This document shows positions 25,036 through 38,640 of a stretch of 64,000 nucleotides of DNA, piece after piece. Position numbers and translations under genes: made by a program. The notes below the pieces were generated by a model. The model was not told where the DNA came from. It did not search any database and worked only from the letters and a program-made list of their open reading frames with translations. Source of the DNA: Eledone cirrhosa (Eukaryota); contig OZ024740.1 of the NCBI GenBank assembly GCA_964016885.1, positions 59,582,001 to 59,646,000 of the forward strand, in the 5' to 3' direction. Within the stretch, counting starts at the first letter, position 1, and every line of letters begins with the position of its first letter.

Positions 25036-25312
25036 GAAAATAGACGGTTTCAGCAAAAATTGACTATAGAAAATAGTCCAATATTAGGGCATATGAACTC
25101 CCATAATAAAAAAATGGGCATTGGCATGCAGTTGAATCGAAATAAGAAATGTGAGTTCAATTCCCACTCATGCTAATGTCCATTTTTCTGTCATAGCAGT
25201 TCATATGCCCTAATATTGGACTATTTTCTATTGTCAATTTACAGTAAAAGCTTCTAATTCTATTTTCGAAATGTTCAATCGTCACTGTATTCTAATTCCC
25301 ATATGCCTATAC
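25036..25312. mobile_element. Fold-back mini-element with tail, in (TA)n
   Basis: aaattgactatagaaaatagtccaatattagggcatatgaact is inverted at about 25198-25240. Confidence 0.8.
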
Positions 25313-25371
25313 ATATATATAGAGAAGAAAATGTGAAGTTGGTGTAGCGGTTAAAGTCCTTTATTGATAAG

Positions 25372-25446
25372 GCTATGATACATATTTCAATGACGACAGT
25401 GGCCACGTGAGTTCGCATAACCAGTGTCATGATCTTATCAGACAGC
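25372..25446 (-). ncRNA. Degenerate type-I hammerhead ribozyme (core G8>A)
   Basis: Minus strand: GCTGT-CTGATAA-gatcATGACAcTGGTTA..TGGCCAcTGTCGTcatt-GAAA-TATGTA-TC-ATAGC, then AATAAA and (TA)n. Confidence 0.6.
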
Positions 25447-25952
25447 TTCATTATGTAATAAGGTTACATTCTCGAGGCAATCCAAACTAAAACGGCAAGG
25501 GAACAGACAAAGATAATGTTTTTGAAGCCTCCACCCATTCCCTTGTGAGCTCTAGTTCCCCTCCACAGCTTTGCACAGGTGCAAATGTATAGGAAGTTGA
25601 TCAACTAACTACTACCCAAAACAATGCAGTTCTAACCTAGACAAGCCTCTCCCACAACCAATTTCCCCCATATTAGCTGGTAAGGTCAAAGAGTCAGCCA
25701 ATAAGTTATAGTTTACTGCTAACCCAATGTCCAGCAGCAGCTGACCAGAAATCTGTGGTAGGGTATATGTATCACTACTACCCCTATTTATGTTGGGACA
25801 ATACAATGATGATGATGATGGTGATATATATATATATATAATATATATACAACCCATCTAACTCAAGCAAGCATGGAAAAATGGACGTTAAACGATGATG
25901 ATGATGGTGATGAATAATGTGCCTAAAAACTACATTATCTAGTTATCTTTCA

Positions 25953-26293
25953 TTGGATTGGCAGTATCGGTGGAGGGTCGGCCGCCATGCTTTCCAGCAT
26001 AGTTACGTCCCTTTACGATCTGAGTTCAAATCCCGCCGAGGTTGACTTTACCTTTTATCCTTACGGGGTCGATAGAATAAAGTACCAGTAATGCACTGGG
26101 TAATTGCTGGCCTTGTGCCTAAAGTAGAAACAATTATTCGGACGCCATGCTTTGACGCATAGAGTTACGGCCCTTGCCATTCTGAGTTCAAATCCCGCCG
26201 AGGTTAACTTAGCCTTATGGGGTCGATAAAATAAAGTACCAGTAATGCACTGTGTAATTGCTGGCCTTGTGCCAAAAGTAGAAACAATTATTA
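25953..26293 (+). mobile_element. Two tandem tRNA-derived SINEs
   Basis: Two B-box/core units. Confidence 0.88.
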
Positions 26294-26547
26294 GTACCAA
26301 AATTTTATTTATTGATACTATAATTTAGTCTCAAATTTGATATGTTAGTTTCAGATTCAGTACAGAAGAAGAACACTTTCCTTAATATAAATTATGCTCT
26401 TTCACATTATATAATTTTAACCACATAAATTACAAAACATACTATACAAAATACATATTTTAATCTCTTAATTAATAAATCATTTTTACAATGTAAATTA
26501 AAAATACACAATACAGAAGACATTTCTATATTTAATATATATATGTG

Positions 26548-27145
26548 ATAATTGTTTCTACTATTGGCATAAGGCCAGCAATTACCCAGTACATTACTGG
26601 TACTTTATTTTATCGACCCCGTAAGGATGAAAGGCAAAGTTAACCTCGGCGGGATTTGAACTCAGAATGGCAAGGGGCGTAACTCTATATGTCAAAGCAT
26701 GACGTCCGACCCTCTACCGATACAGCCAATCCACGATGATAATGGCTTCTGATTTAGGCACAAGGTCAACAATTTTCAGGGAAGGGAAAGTGAATTAAAT
26801 TGAACCCAGTGTTTTAAGGGTTCTTTATTTTATTGACCCCATAAGGATGAAAGGCAAAGCTAACCTTGGTTGGATTTGAACTCAGAATGCAAAGGGACTT
26901 AACTATATGCCATAAAGAATGTTGTCCGATGCTCTAATGACTCTGCCAATCAGTGAATGTAAAATAATGTAAAACAATTTTGGGCAAGGAGAAAGTCGAT
27001 TAAACCAACCCGAGTGCATGAAATGGTACTTTATTTTATCAAGCCCATAAGGATTAAAGGCAAAGCTAACCTCGGCTGAATATGAACTCAGACCGTAAAG
27101 GGCCGCAACTTTATGTCACGAAGCATTCGGTGCTCTACCAATCAA
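26548..27145 (-). mobile_element. Three tandem tRNA-derived SINEs
   Basis: Three aggatgaaaggcaaag...gaactcaga units. Confidence 0.85.
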
Positions 27146-27654
27146 ATAAAATGAGTTGGAAACTGAATTTCAATACAGAATTCAACACTAATGTACTGTA
27201 GTGTACAGAGTGTAAATTTCAAATAATAACTATTGTGGGTGGATGTTGGTGTAATGGTAACACATTGGTCTGGCAAACCAAAGATGTGGGTTTGTGTCCC
27301 ATGTACGTCAATACTCATCCTTTTTTTCCATTCAGAGGCTTTTTTTAAAATCCCAACTAACAGACTAATGTTATTTAGTCAAATACAACATAACCTCATG
27401 TTACTACTTATTTTCAAATTCGCTAGCTGTTTGTAAACAAATCCTGCTTTGTGTCTCCCTACTTATATACAATAACTATTATCCTCTGTGTCCTTCCTTT
27501 TAAAAGATGGTAGTGTATGTGATTTGGCAGAGATTTTACTGTTATTTGGCATGACTGGGGAATACTGGTCCTGTATGATCATGAATCCTTAGCATGGAAA
27601 AATATCAGAGATATAATCGAGATTTTAGATACATTCATTTTGGAAGCCTTCATT

Positions 27655-28175
27655 ACCATCATCATCACCAAGTTTTTACATCCGCTTTTCCACAACTGTA
27701 TGGGTATGATGGGTTTTTTCAGTAAAGCATCTTCCTACTCATCACATTCCTTTATGATCTCCTCTGAGAACTTCAACGATTTGAAATCAGCTCTCACCAC
27801 CTCCACCCAGATCTTCCTTGGTCTTCCACTGTGATTTCTTAGAACTTCTTCACCCAGCGATCATCATCCATGTGTATCACATGTCCATACCAAACCCAAT
27901 GTTTCTTTCAGTTCATCCATGCTTTGTCATTCCCTCATATTAACATTGCACATCCACTGAAGCATGCTCACTTCATTTTCCCCCAGCCTTTGCATATCCT
28001 CGGTATTCAATGCCCATGTCTCCTTATCATGCAACATCACATTTTGCATACATTCTTCGTACAGTCAGCCTTTCATTTATAAAGAATAACTTTTTGTTGT
28101 CAACAGACATAGGAACTCCCAGAACTTATCCATCCTGTCCTTATTCTAGCTACTATATTCTCAGAGCACCCTCCT
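27655..28175 (-). pseudogene. Old RTE 3' fragment
   Basis: Minus-strand GCSENIVARIRTG and GRPRKIWVE remnants; similar to 33911-34945. Confidence 0.7.
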
Positions 28176-28796
28176 TATGAAATATATTAGTTATTTTAAT
28201 GCAAATGTATATACTGAGGTCAAAGAATATATTTGAAGTAATGCAACAGACCAGCAACTTTAGTAATACATGACGTATTCTTCAAAGCAGGTTAGGTTTG
28301 TATTGTCATGTGTGCAGAAGAGAAATGACAGAAATAAAAGCTGAAAGTATTTACAATTTTGATTATATCACTGATATCCTTTTGTAATTGTTTTGTTGTT
28401 TGAGTGCATTTGTTGTTACAGGTGTGTCTGTGCATGTGTGTCTTGTAAATGTGTTTATGTATTGTTTGTATGTATGTGTGTGTGCCGTAGTATGTTTAGA
28501 ATATGTGTTTGGACAGTATAAGTTCATAATAAGATGTGTGTGTTTGCATGTGAATTCTTGTGCTCATATGTGTAGATAACTACATGCTTTTGTATGTCTG
28601 TATGTTTGTACACATGTGTATTTCTATTGTATATTGCATTAATAGCTACACATTACTTTTATATATTGATTTAGGTTTTCAGTTCAAGAAGTGTATTAGA
28701 AATTATTTTAAACAACAGGGCCTGAGAATATGAATGCACTAACCAAAATATTTTTTGGTTAATGTTGATACTATATATATATATATATATATATAT

Positions 28797-31700
28797 CATC
28801 ATCATCATCATCATCATCAGGTTTAGCGTCCGTGTTCCACGCTTGCATGGGTTTGGACGGGGGTTTTCCCACTTGAGGCAAGAGTGGTTGTCTTGCTCGC
28901 ATAGGACGGTCTGGCGGGTTTTCTACAGCTGGATGCCCTTTCTAACACCAACCACATTTACAGTGTGGGGCTGGGAGGTTTTTACCGTGTTGCCTACACG
29001 GCCACATTACAGCGTGGACTGTCTGGCGGATTTTCTACAGCTGGATGCCCTTCCTAACACCAACCACATTTACAGTGTGGGGCTGGGAGATTTTTACCGT
29101 GTTGCCTACACGGCCACATTACAGCGTGGACTGTCTGGCGGGTTTTCTACAGCTGGATGCCCTTCCTAACACCAACCACATTTACAGTGTGGGGCTGGGA
29201 GGTTTTTACAGTGTTACATACACAGCCACATTACAGCGTGGACTGTGTGTTTTTTTGTCGTGACACCTACACGATCTCATTTGTTTCGGCCTGGATGTTG
29301 TGGCACCAACATAACTTTACATTGAAAGGGGCGGTGTGGGTGGGGTGGAGGTGGTGGGACAGGGTGTGTTTTGATAGAGATGCCTACTGACTGTAGTAGG
29401 TTTTTACTTTGTATTTAGGTAAGGCGGGTCTTCTCTATTACTGAGTACCGCCAAAGGTCTCGGTCCAGTGACATTGTCTTGGAGAGGTGTAAGCGTATGA
29501 GGTCGGAATTTATCATGTCGTCCCAGGTTTTTCTGGGTCTGCCTACTCCGTGGCTACCGTCTATCTTTATTGCCCTGCACTTTGTTATACAGCTGTCGTC
29601 TTTCATGCGCATCACGTGACCGTACCAACGTAGCCTTCTCTCGAGTAAACAACATCTGATCCCTCTTATTTCTAATTTTTTCCTTAGATCGTTTATGCTT
29701 AGCCGTTCACGTATATTACTATTGCACATCCAGCGGAGCATGCAAGCTTCGTTCCTCTCTAGTCTGCGTATATCCTCTGCACACAATGCCCAGGTCTCAC
29801 TGCCATGCAGCATTGCTGTTCGTATGCAGGCATCGTATAACCTGCCTTTCATTTTTAGGGAGAACACTCTAGCGGCTAATAGTGGTATAAGCTCTCTGAA
29901 CTTTTTCCATCCCGTTCTGACTCTAGCTACTGTACTTTCAGAGCACCCTCCCCCACTGCTGATTTTGTCACCCAGGTAACGGAAGCTGTCCACTATTTAT
30001 ATAGAACCCTCTGCGCAATTGAAAGAGCTAGTATTTTGTGGGCACTTGCTGCTACTTATTGCACCAGAGCACCGGCCACATGTAAAATCTATGTTCTTAG
30101 TTAGCTTACCTGTGATCCCACTACATCTTTTATGCACCCATACTTTGCATTGGGGACATAAAATGGAGTTTCTACCTACGCCTTTCCTACACACTGAGCA
30201 TGGCCATTTCCCGGAAGGGACTGCCGCCTTATTTTCTTTCCTACAAACTAGAACTTTAGTCTTAGCCAGGTTAATTTTAAGGCCTTTTGATTCTAGGCCG
30301 TGCTTCCATGTTTGCAATTTCTTCTCTAGTTCGGTCATTGATTCAGCTATGAGCGTTAGATCATCTGCGTATAGGAGTTCCCATGGGCAGCCGGTCTTGA
30401 ACTCCTCTGTTATAGCCTGAAGGGCAATAATAAATAGTAGGGGACTAAGAACAGAGCCCTGATGGACACCAACTTTTACGCTAAACTCTTCACTATATTC
30501 GTTGTTAATTCTAACCTTGCTGACTGTTTCTTTATACATGGCTTGTATAGCTCTCACAAGCCATTCGTCAACACCTAGTTTTCTAAGAGCCCACCAGATA
30601 ATGGAACGGGGGACTCTGTCGAAGGCTTTCTCCAAGTCAACAAAAGCTAAGAATAGGGGTTTACTTTTAGCTAGGTACTTCTCCTGTCGTTGTCGTATAA
30701 TGAAAAGAGCGTCTGTGGTACTTTTGCCTGACACAAAACCAAACTGCATTTCATCTGGATCAATTCGCTCTCTGATTAGTTGCGCTATAACTTTTTCCGT
30801 GACCTTCATGACCTGGTCGATTAATTTAATGCCTCTATAGTTACACCTATCTAGGGCATCTCCTTTACCCTTGTAACAGTTAATGATGATGCTGCTATGC
30901 CAGTCCTTCGGAACATCCCCATTCTGTATGACTTGGTTTACTATCCGGGTGACCATGGTGTATCCCACCGTTCCAGAGGCTTTCAGCATCTCAGCAACTA
31001 TTTCCGAAGGCCCAGCTGCCTTACCTGTCTTCATATCTTTGATTGCCTTACTTATTATACTACCTTTGACTAACACTGCTGGTCCCTCTATTGGGTCGAT
31101 GTGGGGGAGACTGTCTTCCTCCAATTTGTTCTCCTCATTTAGAAGCCTTTCGTAGTGACACTTCCAAGCTACCTTCTTATCAGCGTCAGTGATGGCAAGT
31201 ATGCCATCATCATTAAGTACACACTTCTCCCCGACAATATCACGGTTTTCCTTGACACATTGCCTAGCAATCCTGAACACCTCACGTTTTTGGTCCTCAC
31301 GTTGTAGAACATGCTTGAACTTTCTTTCCTCTGCTTCCCTTCTTGCGAAGTACACTTGTCTCCTAGCTTCCCTCCTGGCCACTTGATAGTCTTCTCTACT
31401 TCCCCCATCCCGCCATACTTTCCAAGCCTGCTTTTTGGCCTTAATTGACTCCTCCACCTTACTGTTCCACCACCATGTTACTCTCCTCCTACTTACAGGC
31501 CTGCTCCAGCCACAGACTTCGTCTGCCGCCGTCAGCAGGTTTGCTTTCAGGAATTCCCACTGTTCCTCTATATTATACGACTCTAATTGCTCTTCCTTAC
31601 TCTCGAAAGCATCAAGTAATATGCTTTGAAATTTATTTCTGGCTATGGGGTCCTTTAGTTTCCATATTTTATCTCCTGAGGATAGTCCTCTTCTGTTGTC

Positions 31701-33272
31701 GAGTACGTCTCGTCCTGACTATGAGGTCGCTAATTATCAGTCTATGTTGAGAGGTGCATTGTTCATGGGGGAGGGATTTAGTGTTTACAACAGACACTCT
31801 GTCACGTCTTCTGGTAAGGATATAATCTACCTGGCTTGTGTGTTCCCCCGATCTATAGGTGATCAAGTGATTGTCTCGTTTTTTGAAGTTAGTGTTACAG
31901 ATAGTTAAGTAAATAACTTAACTATCTGTCACAGAATTCCAGGATTCTGGAGCCTTCCTCATTTCTAGTACCGAACCCATAACCTCCATGGATTCCGTCA
32001 TAGCCGTCACAATGTTGTCCAACGTGACCATTTAGGTCGCCTGCAATAATTATATAGTCACTGTCGGTTATTTGGGAGGTAGCGAGCATCAGTGTCTCAT
32101 AGAATCTGTCTTTTATAGCGCCGGGCAGTCCGGATTGGGGTGCGTACGCAGATATTACTGTCACCGTAGTTTTATTGAGGACAAGTCTTATTTTAATTAT
32201 TCTGTCGTTCACTCTATTTATGTCTATTATCTTATCTGCCCACTTTTCTGCTACCATGATTCCTACCCCACCCAGCCCATTGTCATTTCCCACCCAGAAA
32301 AGCTTATAGCATCGTACTTTACCCACGATGAATCTAGCAGACCCTCCCCTCCACCTGGTCTCTTGAATACAACAAACATCGACCTCCTTACATTAAAGCA
32401 TTTCTACAACCTCGTTAGAGCGACTCTTTAAGGTGCCTACATTCATGGTACCAACTCTGAAGTTTTGGATTGCGTTTGGAGGGTGGGAGCGGTGGGGCGC
32501 GGGGGGGGGGGGGGGGTAGGGGGGTAGGGGATGGGGTTATGTTAGCCATCCTCGGCCGAAACAAGGAGGAGTGCTTGCATTCTCGTCCACGAGGTGAATT
32601 TGTCTTTATCTTTAGCATTGTCGCTGAGCGTCCAGATTTTTCTCTCTTCAACTCTCCAGAATTCCGTAGTCCATCCATCATATCGAAAAGCAACCAGTTA
32701 CGCGATAATATGGGCCTCTGACTTATGATTGGTCCACGTAATAATGGTGGTGCGTGGGGGCGGGAGGGAGGGATGTTGGGTAGTTAGTGAGAATGTAAGG
32801 TTTAAGATAAGATCTCCGTATTTTGGGCATAATTTAACAATAAACGAAAATACAAGATTCGTTTTGTTTAAGAAAATACGATAGAGAAAATGCGGTGATA
32901 GGGAAAATATGATTTTAGAGAAAAAAAATATGATATAGAATGGTGAAAATATGACATAGAATGGTGATTGAATGAATGACTAATGGATTAGAATGGAGAG
33001 AAGAATCGAGAAAAATATTTGAACGTTACTTTATACCGAGGGAACAGCCATCCCAGAATAGCGAGTTGGCGATTTTGATTAATTTTGGTAGGGTTTATCT
33101 TATATGTATAGAGAGGGAGGGGGTGGGGACAGGAACCAGCATGATGTATGGGTAGGGGGTAGAAGATGGGATGGAGCAGAGAGGTTAAGAGTTTAAATAG
33201 GCACTCAAAGTTTTGCGTAAAACTTAGCAAGTTTAACAAAATATATTTAAAGGAATATATAAGAGTGATTTG
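28797..33272 (-). mobile_element. Near full-length RTE family B, disrupted, flanked by (TA)n on both sides
   Basis: ORF pieces 32415-32693, 31922-32326 (APE), 29997-31457 (RT and PHD) and 29415-29993; 112-bp triplication in 3' UTR; (ATC)n tail. Confidence 0.93.
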
Positions 33273-33339
<67 letters not shown>

Positions 33340-33910
33340 CACACACATACATATATGCTCAAAATGGTATTTACTCCATAAGAGGAGATAACTCCATATA
33401 TAGACATAAGTCAACACATCAGCCATTCAAGAAATACATAAAACATACAAGTGATCTATGGCTATTTTCCCTGCTGAAAAATCAGTTAGGCATACAGGCT
33501 CCATGATAGACTTTATATTCAGTAATGGGGTACTCTTGGAGGCCATATTTTACAGCTGGATGCGCTTCCCGGCATAAACCCAATTACTTGCCTCTTACAA
33601 CATACAATATACATTCACAACATTATTCATTTCATTTTGCATCAACTTTCCGTGCTAGCGTGGGCTAGATGGGCTGTTAGAGACAAAGTTAGTACTTGAT
33701 TGGAGCTACAGCCATGCTAGCTACATAACAGGATAATGTCTCAATACATTTCATTTTGGCATGGTTTCTATGGCTGGGTGCCATTCCTGGTGCCAACCAT
33801 TTAAGTCACCTCTTGTAACATTTAAGTACACAGTATATCTACTCCAGACTATATATCTAAATATATAGATACATACATACATGCACACACACACACGTGT
33901 GTGTGTGTGT

Positions 33911-34945
33911 ATCATCATCATCATCATCATTATTTTACGTCCGCTTTTCCCTGCTTGCAAGAGTGAGACGGGTCTTATTCAGCACAGCATCTCTCTACTC
34001 GTCACGGTCCTTCGTCATCTCCACCGTGAGCTTCAATGATCTGAGGTCTGTTCTCACCACCTCCGCCCATGTTTTTCGTGGTCTACCTCTACCACATCTT
34101 CCTTCAACTGGCATTTCCTGGCACTTCTTCACCCATCGGTCATCCTCCATGCGCATCACATGTCCATACCACCACAGTCTCCTCTCCCATACACTACATT
34201 CTATCCATCTCACAGTTTCTCTCTCAACACATTTATGCTGGGTCATTCACGCACATTTACACTGCACATCCAACAGAGCATGCTTACCTCATTTCTCTCC
34301 AGCCGTCGCATATCCTCTGCAGTTGCTGCCCATGTCTCACTACCACGCAGCATCGCGCTCCTCACACAGGCATCATACAACCGGCCTTTCGTACGCAGGG
34401 AGAAACCCTTCTTCGTCAACAGAGGAAGCAGCTCCCTAAACTTCTTCCAACCCGTCCTTATTCTAGATACTATGGCCTCGGAACACCCTCCTCCCATGCT
34501 AATCTGATCTCCTAGGTACTGGAAGCTATCCACCACTTCTATAGCGCCCTCCTGCATTTGAAAAATGTGTCTATCAATGCGACTTCTACTGTCTAATTTC
34601 CCTGTACATCTACTGCATACATATTTCTCCCTACCTGTTAGTTTGCCTGCTATCCCGCTACATCTCTTGTGTACCCAGGATCTGCATTGTGTGCATTTTA
34701 TAGAATTTATGCCAGTTCCTTTTCTGCATATCGAACATGGCCATTTCCCTGACGGAATCAGGGTTTTGTCCTCTTTTCTACTCATCAACACTTTTGTCTT
34801 AGCTAGGTTCACTCTCAGTCCTGTTGATTCCAACTGCTGTTTCCATAGCCAGAATTTATTCTCTAGCTCCTCTACTGATTCTGCTATAAGAACCAGATCG
34901 TCAGCATGGAGAAGTTCCCATGGACAGCCAGTCTTAAACTCTATA
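33911..34945 (-). mobile_element. RTE family C, 5'-truncated
   Basis: ORFs 34243-34986 (HADD, same Cys finger) and 33995-34246; (ATC)n tail. Confidence 0.9.
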
Positions 34946-34950
34946 TATAT

Positions 34951-35173
34951 AACGAAGGAAGTGTGGTAAGGAACCAGGTGGACCATAATGCACTAGAGTA
35001 CTTAATACTTAGGGTAGTAGAGTGGGTAATAGGAAAATGTTCAAGACTCCGACGGCAGAGCTCGAGCCGTTTTGACGGCTATTTCTGGACTAAATTGTTA
35101 CAACGAATTTAGTCCAGAAATAGCCATCAAAACGGCTCGAGCTCTGCCGTCGGGGTCTTGAACATTTTCCTAT
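34951..35173. mobile_element. Tail-plus-fold-back mini-element in (TA)n
   Basis: Same leader as 22377; palindrome at 35029-35173. Confidence 0.88.
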
Positions 35174-35517
35174 ATATATGTATATAGGTATATATATGTA
35201 TATATGTATATGTAAAACTGTGATGATGATGATGATATATATACACATGCACACATGCACACACACACACCTGTGAATGTAAACACCTATATATAAACAC
35301 ATACAAATATACACATATAATCATTTCTAGAAGCCTCATAAGAATTTTGAGTTATAGAATTCTCTGAAATGGAGATATATATTGACAGGTTAAACATACA
35401 GATATTTACATATATTTAGAGTTCCTCTTTATACAGCAAGAACAAGAAAATCTATATCTAAACATCAATAACTCCCAAACTATTGTCAATGTATGTGTTG
35501 ATATATATATATATATA

Positions 35518-35649
<132 letters not shown>

Positions 35650-35669
35650 TACATATATATATGCATATG

Positions 35670-35699
<30 letters not shown>

Positions 35700-35700
<1 letters not shown>

Positions 35701-36611
35701 CATCATCATCATCATCATCAACGTTTAACGTCCGTGTTCCACGCTTGCATGGGTTTGGACGGGGGTAGTCCCACTTGAGGCAAGAGTGATTGTCTTGCTC
35801 GCATAGGACTGTCTGGCAGGTTTTCTACAGTTGGATGCCCTTCCTAACACCAACCACATTTACAGTGTGGGTCTGGGAGGTTTTTACCGTGTTGCCTACA
35901 CGGCCACATTACAGCGTGGACTGTGTGTTTTTTTGTCGTGACACCTACACGATCTCATTTGTTTCGGCCCGGATGGCGCGGCACCAACATAACTTTACAT
36001 AGGACGGGGTGGTGTGGATGGGGTGGGGGTGGTGGTGGTGGGACGGGGTGAATTTTGTTAGAGATGCCTACTGGCAAGGCGGGTCTTCTCTGTTACTGAG
36101 TACCGCCAAAGGTCTCGGTCCAGTGACATTGTCTTGGAGAGGTGTAAGTGTGTGAGGTCGGAGTTTATCAGCTCGTCCCAGGTTTTTCTAGGTCTGCCTA
36201 TTCCGTGGCTACCGTCTATCTTTATTGCCCTGCACTTTGTTATACAGCTATCGACTTTCATGCGCATCACGTGTCCATACCAACGTAGCCTTCTCTCGAG
36301 TAAACAACATCTGATCCCTCTTATCTCTAATTTTTTCCTTAGTTCGCTTATGCTTTGCCGTTCACGTATATTACTGTTACACATCCAGCGGAGCATGCAA
36401 GCTTCGTTCCTCTCTAGTCTGCGTATATCCTCTGCACACAATGCCCAGGTCTCACTGCCATGCAACATTGCTGTTCGTATGCAGGCATCGTACAACCTGC
36501 CTTTCATTTTTAGGGAGAACCCTTTAGCAGCTAATAGTGGTATAAGCTCTCTGAACTTTTTCCAACCAGTTCTGACTCTAGCTACAGTACTTTCAGAGCA
36601 CCCTCCCCCAA
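35700..36611 (-). mobile_element. RTE family B, 5'-truncated, inside (TA)n
   Basis: ORF 36058-36690; (ATC)n tail; TA tracts on both sides. Confidence 0.92.
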
Positions 36612-36774
36612 TATATATGTATATATATATACACACATATATATATATATATATACATATATATATGCATATGTATATATATATATACATATATATATAT
36701 ATAAAAGACGTAAAATAAGAAAATACTTTTTAAAAAATTTTTTTAAAATTTTTTACTTACTTACTTAAATTTTC

Positions 36775-36856
36775 ACTCCAACTAATTAGTTTCTGCAATG
36801 GGATAAAGACAGTTACGTAATCCAACTGTCGAGAATTCATTGCGTCATCAGGGAGT
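36775..36856 (-). ncRNA. Type-I hammerhead ribozyme
   Basis: Minus strand: ACTCC-CTGATGA-cGCAATG..GACAGTT..AACTGTC..CATTGCa-GAAA-CTAATTAG-TT-GGAGT. Confidence 0.85.
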
Positions 36857-37327
36857 CTATTCTCAGCTGAGTCTCCAGGCAATGCGCGGACACTGGCGGC
36901 TCATATAAAAATAATAATAATTCGGTAGATAGAACAGCTGGCGAGGACTGGATTCTATGTACTGAAATTCTCACTGCTTCTAGTCAAATGGCCGATTCTA
37001 AAGAATCAATCACGTGACACAGAGGCTAGTTAGAAGGAATGGGATGGTAAGATGACTGACGCCTACTAACACCCCAAAAAATTTAGAAGTGGTTTTGGCA
37101 GGTTTGCTCGACAAATCAGTGATTTGGAGATAAATATAGATAATTTAATATATCAACTAACATAAGCGCACAGATGCACGTCCATGCCAGCAAATACACA
37201 GGTTATGTCATAGTACCTAGGTGGTTCAATGCAGGAGGATGCAGAACAATAATATAAAAGACGTAAAATAAGAAAATACTTTTTAAAAAATTTTTTTAAA
37301 ATTTTTTACTTACTTACTTAAATTTTC

Positions 37328-37409
37328 ACTCCAACTAATTAGTTTCTGCAATGGGATAAAGACAGTTACGTAATCCAACTGTCGAGAATTCATTGCGTCA
37401 TCAGGGAGT
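37328..37409 (-). ncRNA. Type-I hammerhead ribozyme (second identical copy)
   Basis: Identical to 36775-36856. Confidence 0.85.
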
Positions 37410-37470
37410 CTATTCTCAGCTGAGTCTCCAGGCAATGCGCGGACACTGGCGGCTCATATAAAAATAATAA

Positions 37471-37540
<70 letters not shown>

Positions 37541-37971
37541 AGCGTGGAACATGGACGTTAAACGGTGATGATGATGATGATGATGATGATATATATACAT
37601 ATATTCATACACGCACACATACATATTCATATATAGATATATTCACACACACATGCACACACATATATATATAGTAGTGTTACAAACAAAAATGCTATTC
37701 ATTACAAGAAATATGTGTCAAAGAAAGACAAAACATATAGCAGGAAGCAGGAGGAAAGGGAAATGGTGAGGACAAGAGAGAGCCAGTCAACAGACCTTAC
37801 ATTGAGTAGCAGTAGTACCTATTTCATGGATTAAGTTTGAGAGGAGGAAATGTTTTCAGACTGTAAAAGTCCACAAAATTACTCATGTAGAAAAATAGCT
37901 TTATAGTCTTATACACTGATCAAAAGAGTAGTAATTATTTCTTTATCGGCCACAGGGGCCAATCAACAGAG

Positions 37972-38640
37972 TAATAATTGTTTCTACTTTTGGCACAAGG
38001 CCAGCAATTATCCAGTGCATTACTGGTACTTTATTTTATCGACCCCGTATGGTTTCTGATTTTAGGCACAAGGCCAATAATTTTGGGGAGGGGAAAGTTG
38101 ATTAAATTGACCCCAGTGAAAGGCAAAGTTAACCTCAGCAGGATTTGAACTCAGAACGCAAAGGGCCATAACTCAATGCCACAAAGCATGTTGTCCAACG
38201 TTCTACCGATACTGCCAATTCACGACTCTAGTCAACAGAGTAATAATTCTACATTTGGCACAAGGCCAGCAATTTGAAGGGAAAGGGAAAGTCGATTAAA
38301 TCAATTCCAGTGCACCACTGGTACTTTATTTTATCGACCCTGTAAGGATGAAAGGCAAAGGTAACGTTGGTGGGATTTGAACTCAGAACATAAAAGGCCA
38401 TAACTCAATGCCACAAAGCATGCTGCCCCGTGCTCTACTGATACTGCCAATCCATCACTCTAGTCAACAGAGTAATAATTGTTTCTACATTTACCAGCAA
38501 TTACCAGTGCATTACTGGTACTTTATTTTATTGACCCCATAAGGATTAGAGGCAAAGTTGACCTTGGCAGGATTTGAACTCAGACTGTAAAGGGCTGTAA
38601 CTCTGAGCATGGCGTCCGACCTTCTACCGATGACAATAGC
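37972..38640 (-). mobile_element. Cluster of 3-4 tRNA-derived SINEs
   Basis: Repeated core and B-box; units separated by ctctagtcaacagagtaataatt. Confidence 0.85.

Larger units (their letters stand above)
36701..37475 (-). mobile_element. Non-coding element with two identical 222-bp direct repeats (36701-36922 and 37254-37475), pLTR/retrozyme-like, in (TA)n
   Basis: 553-bp period; each repeat holds a hammerhead; no ORF in the middle. Confidence 0.88.
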
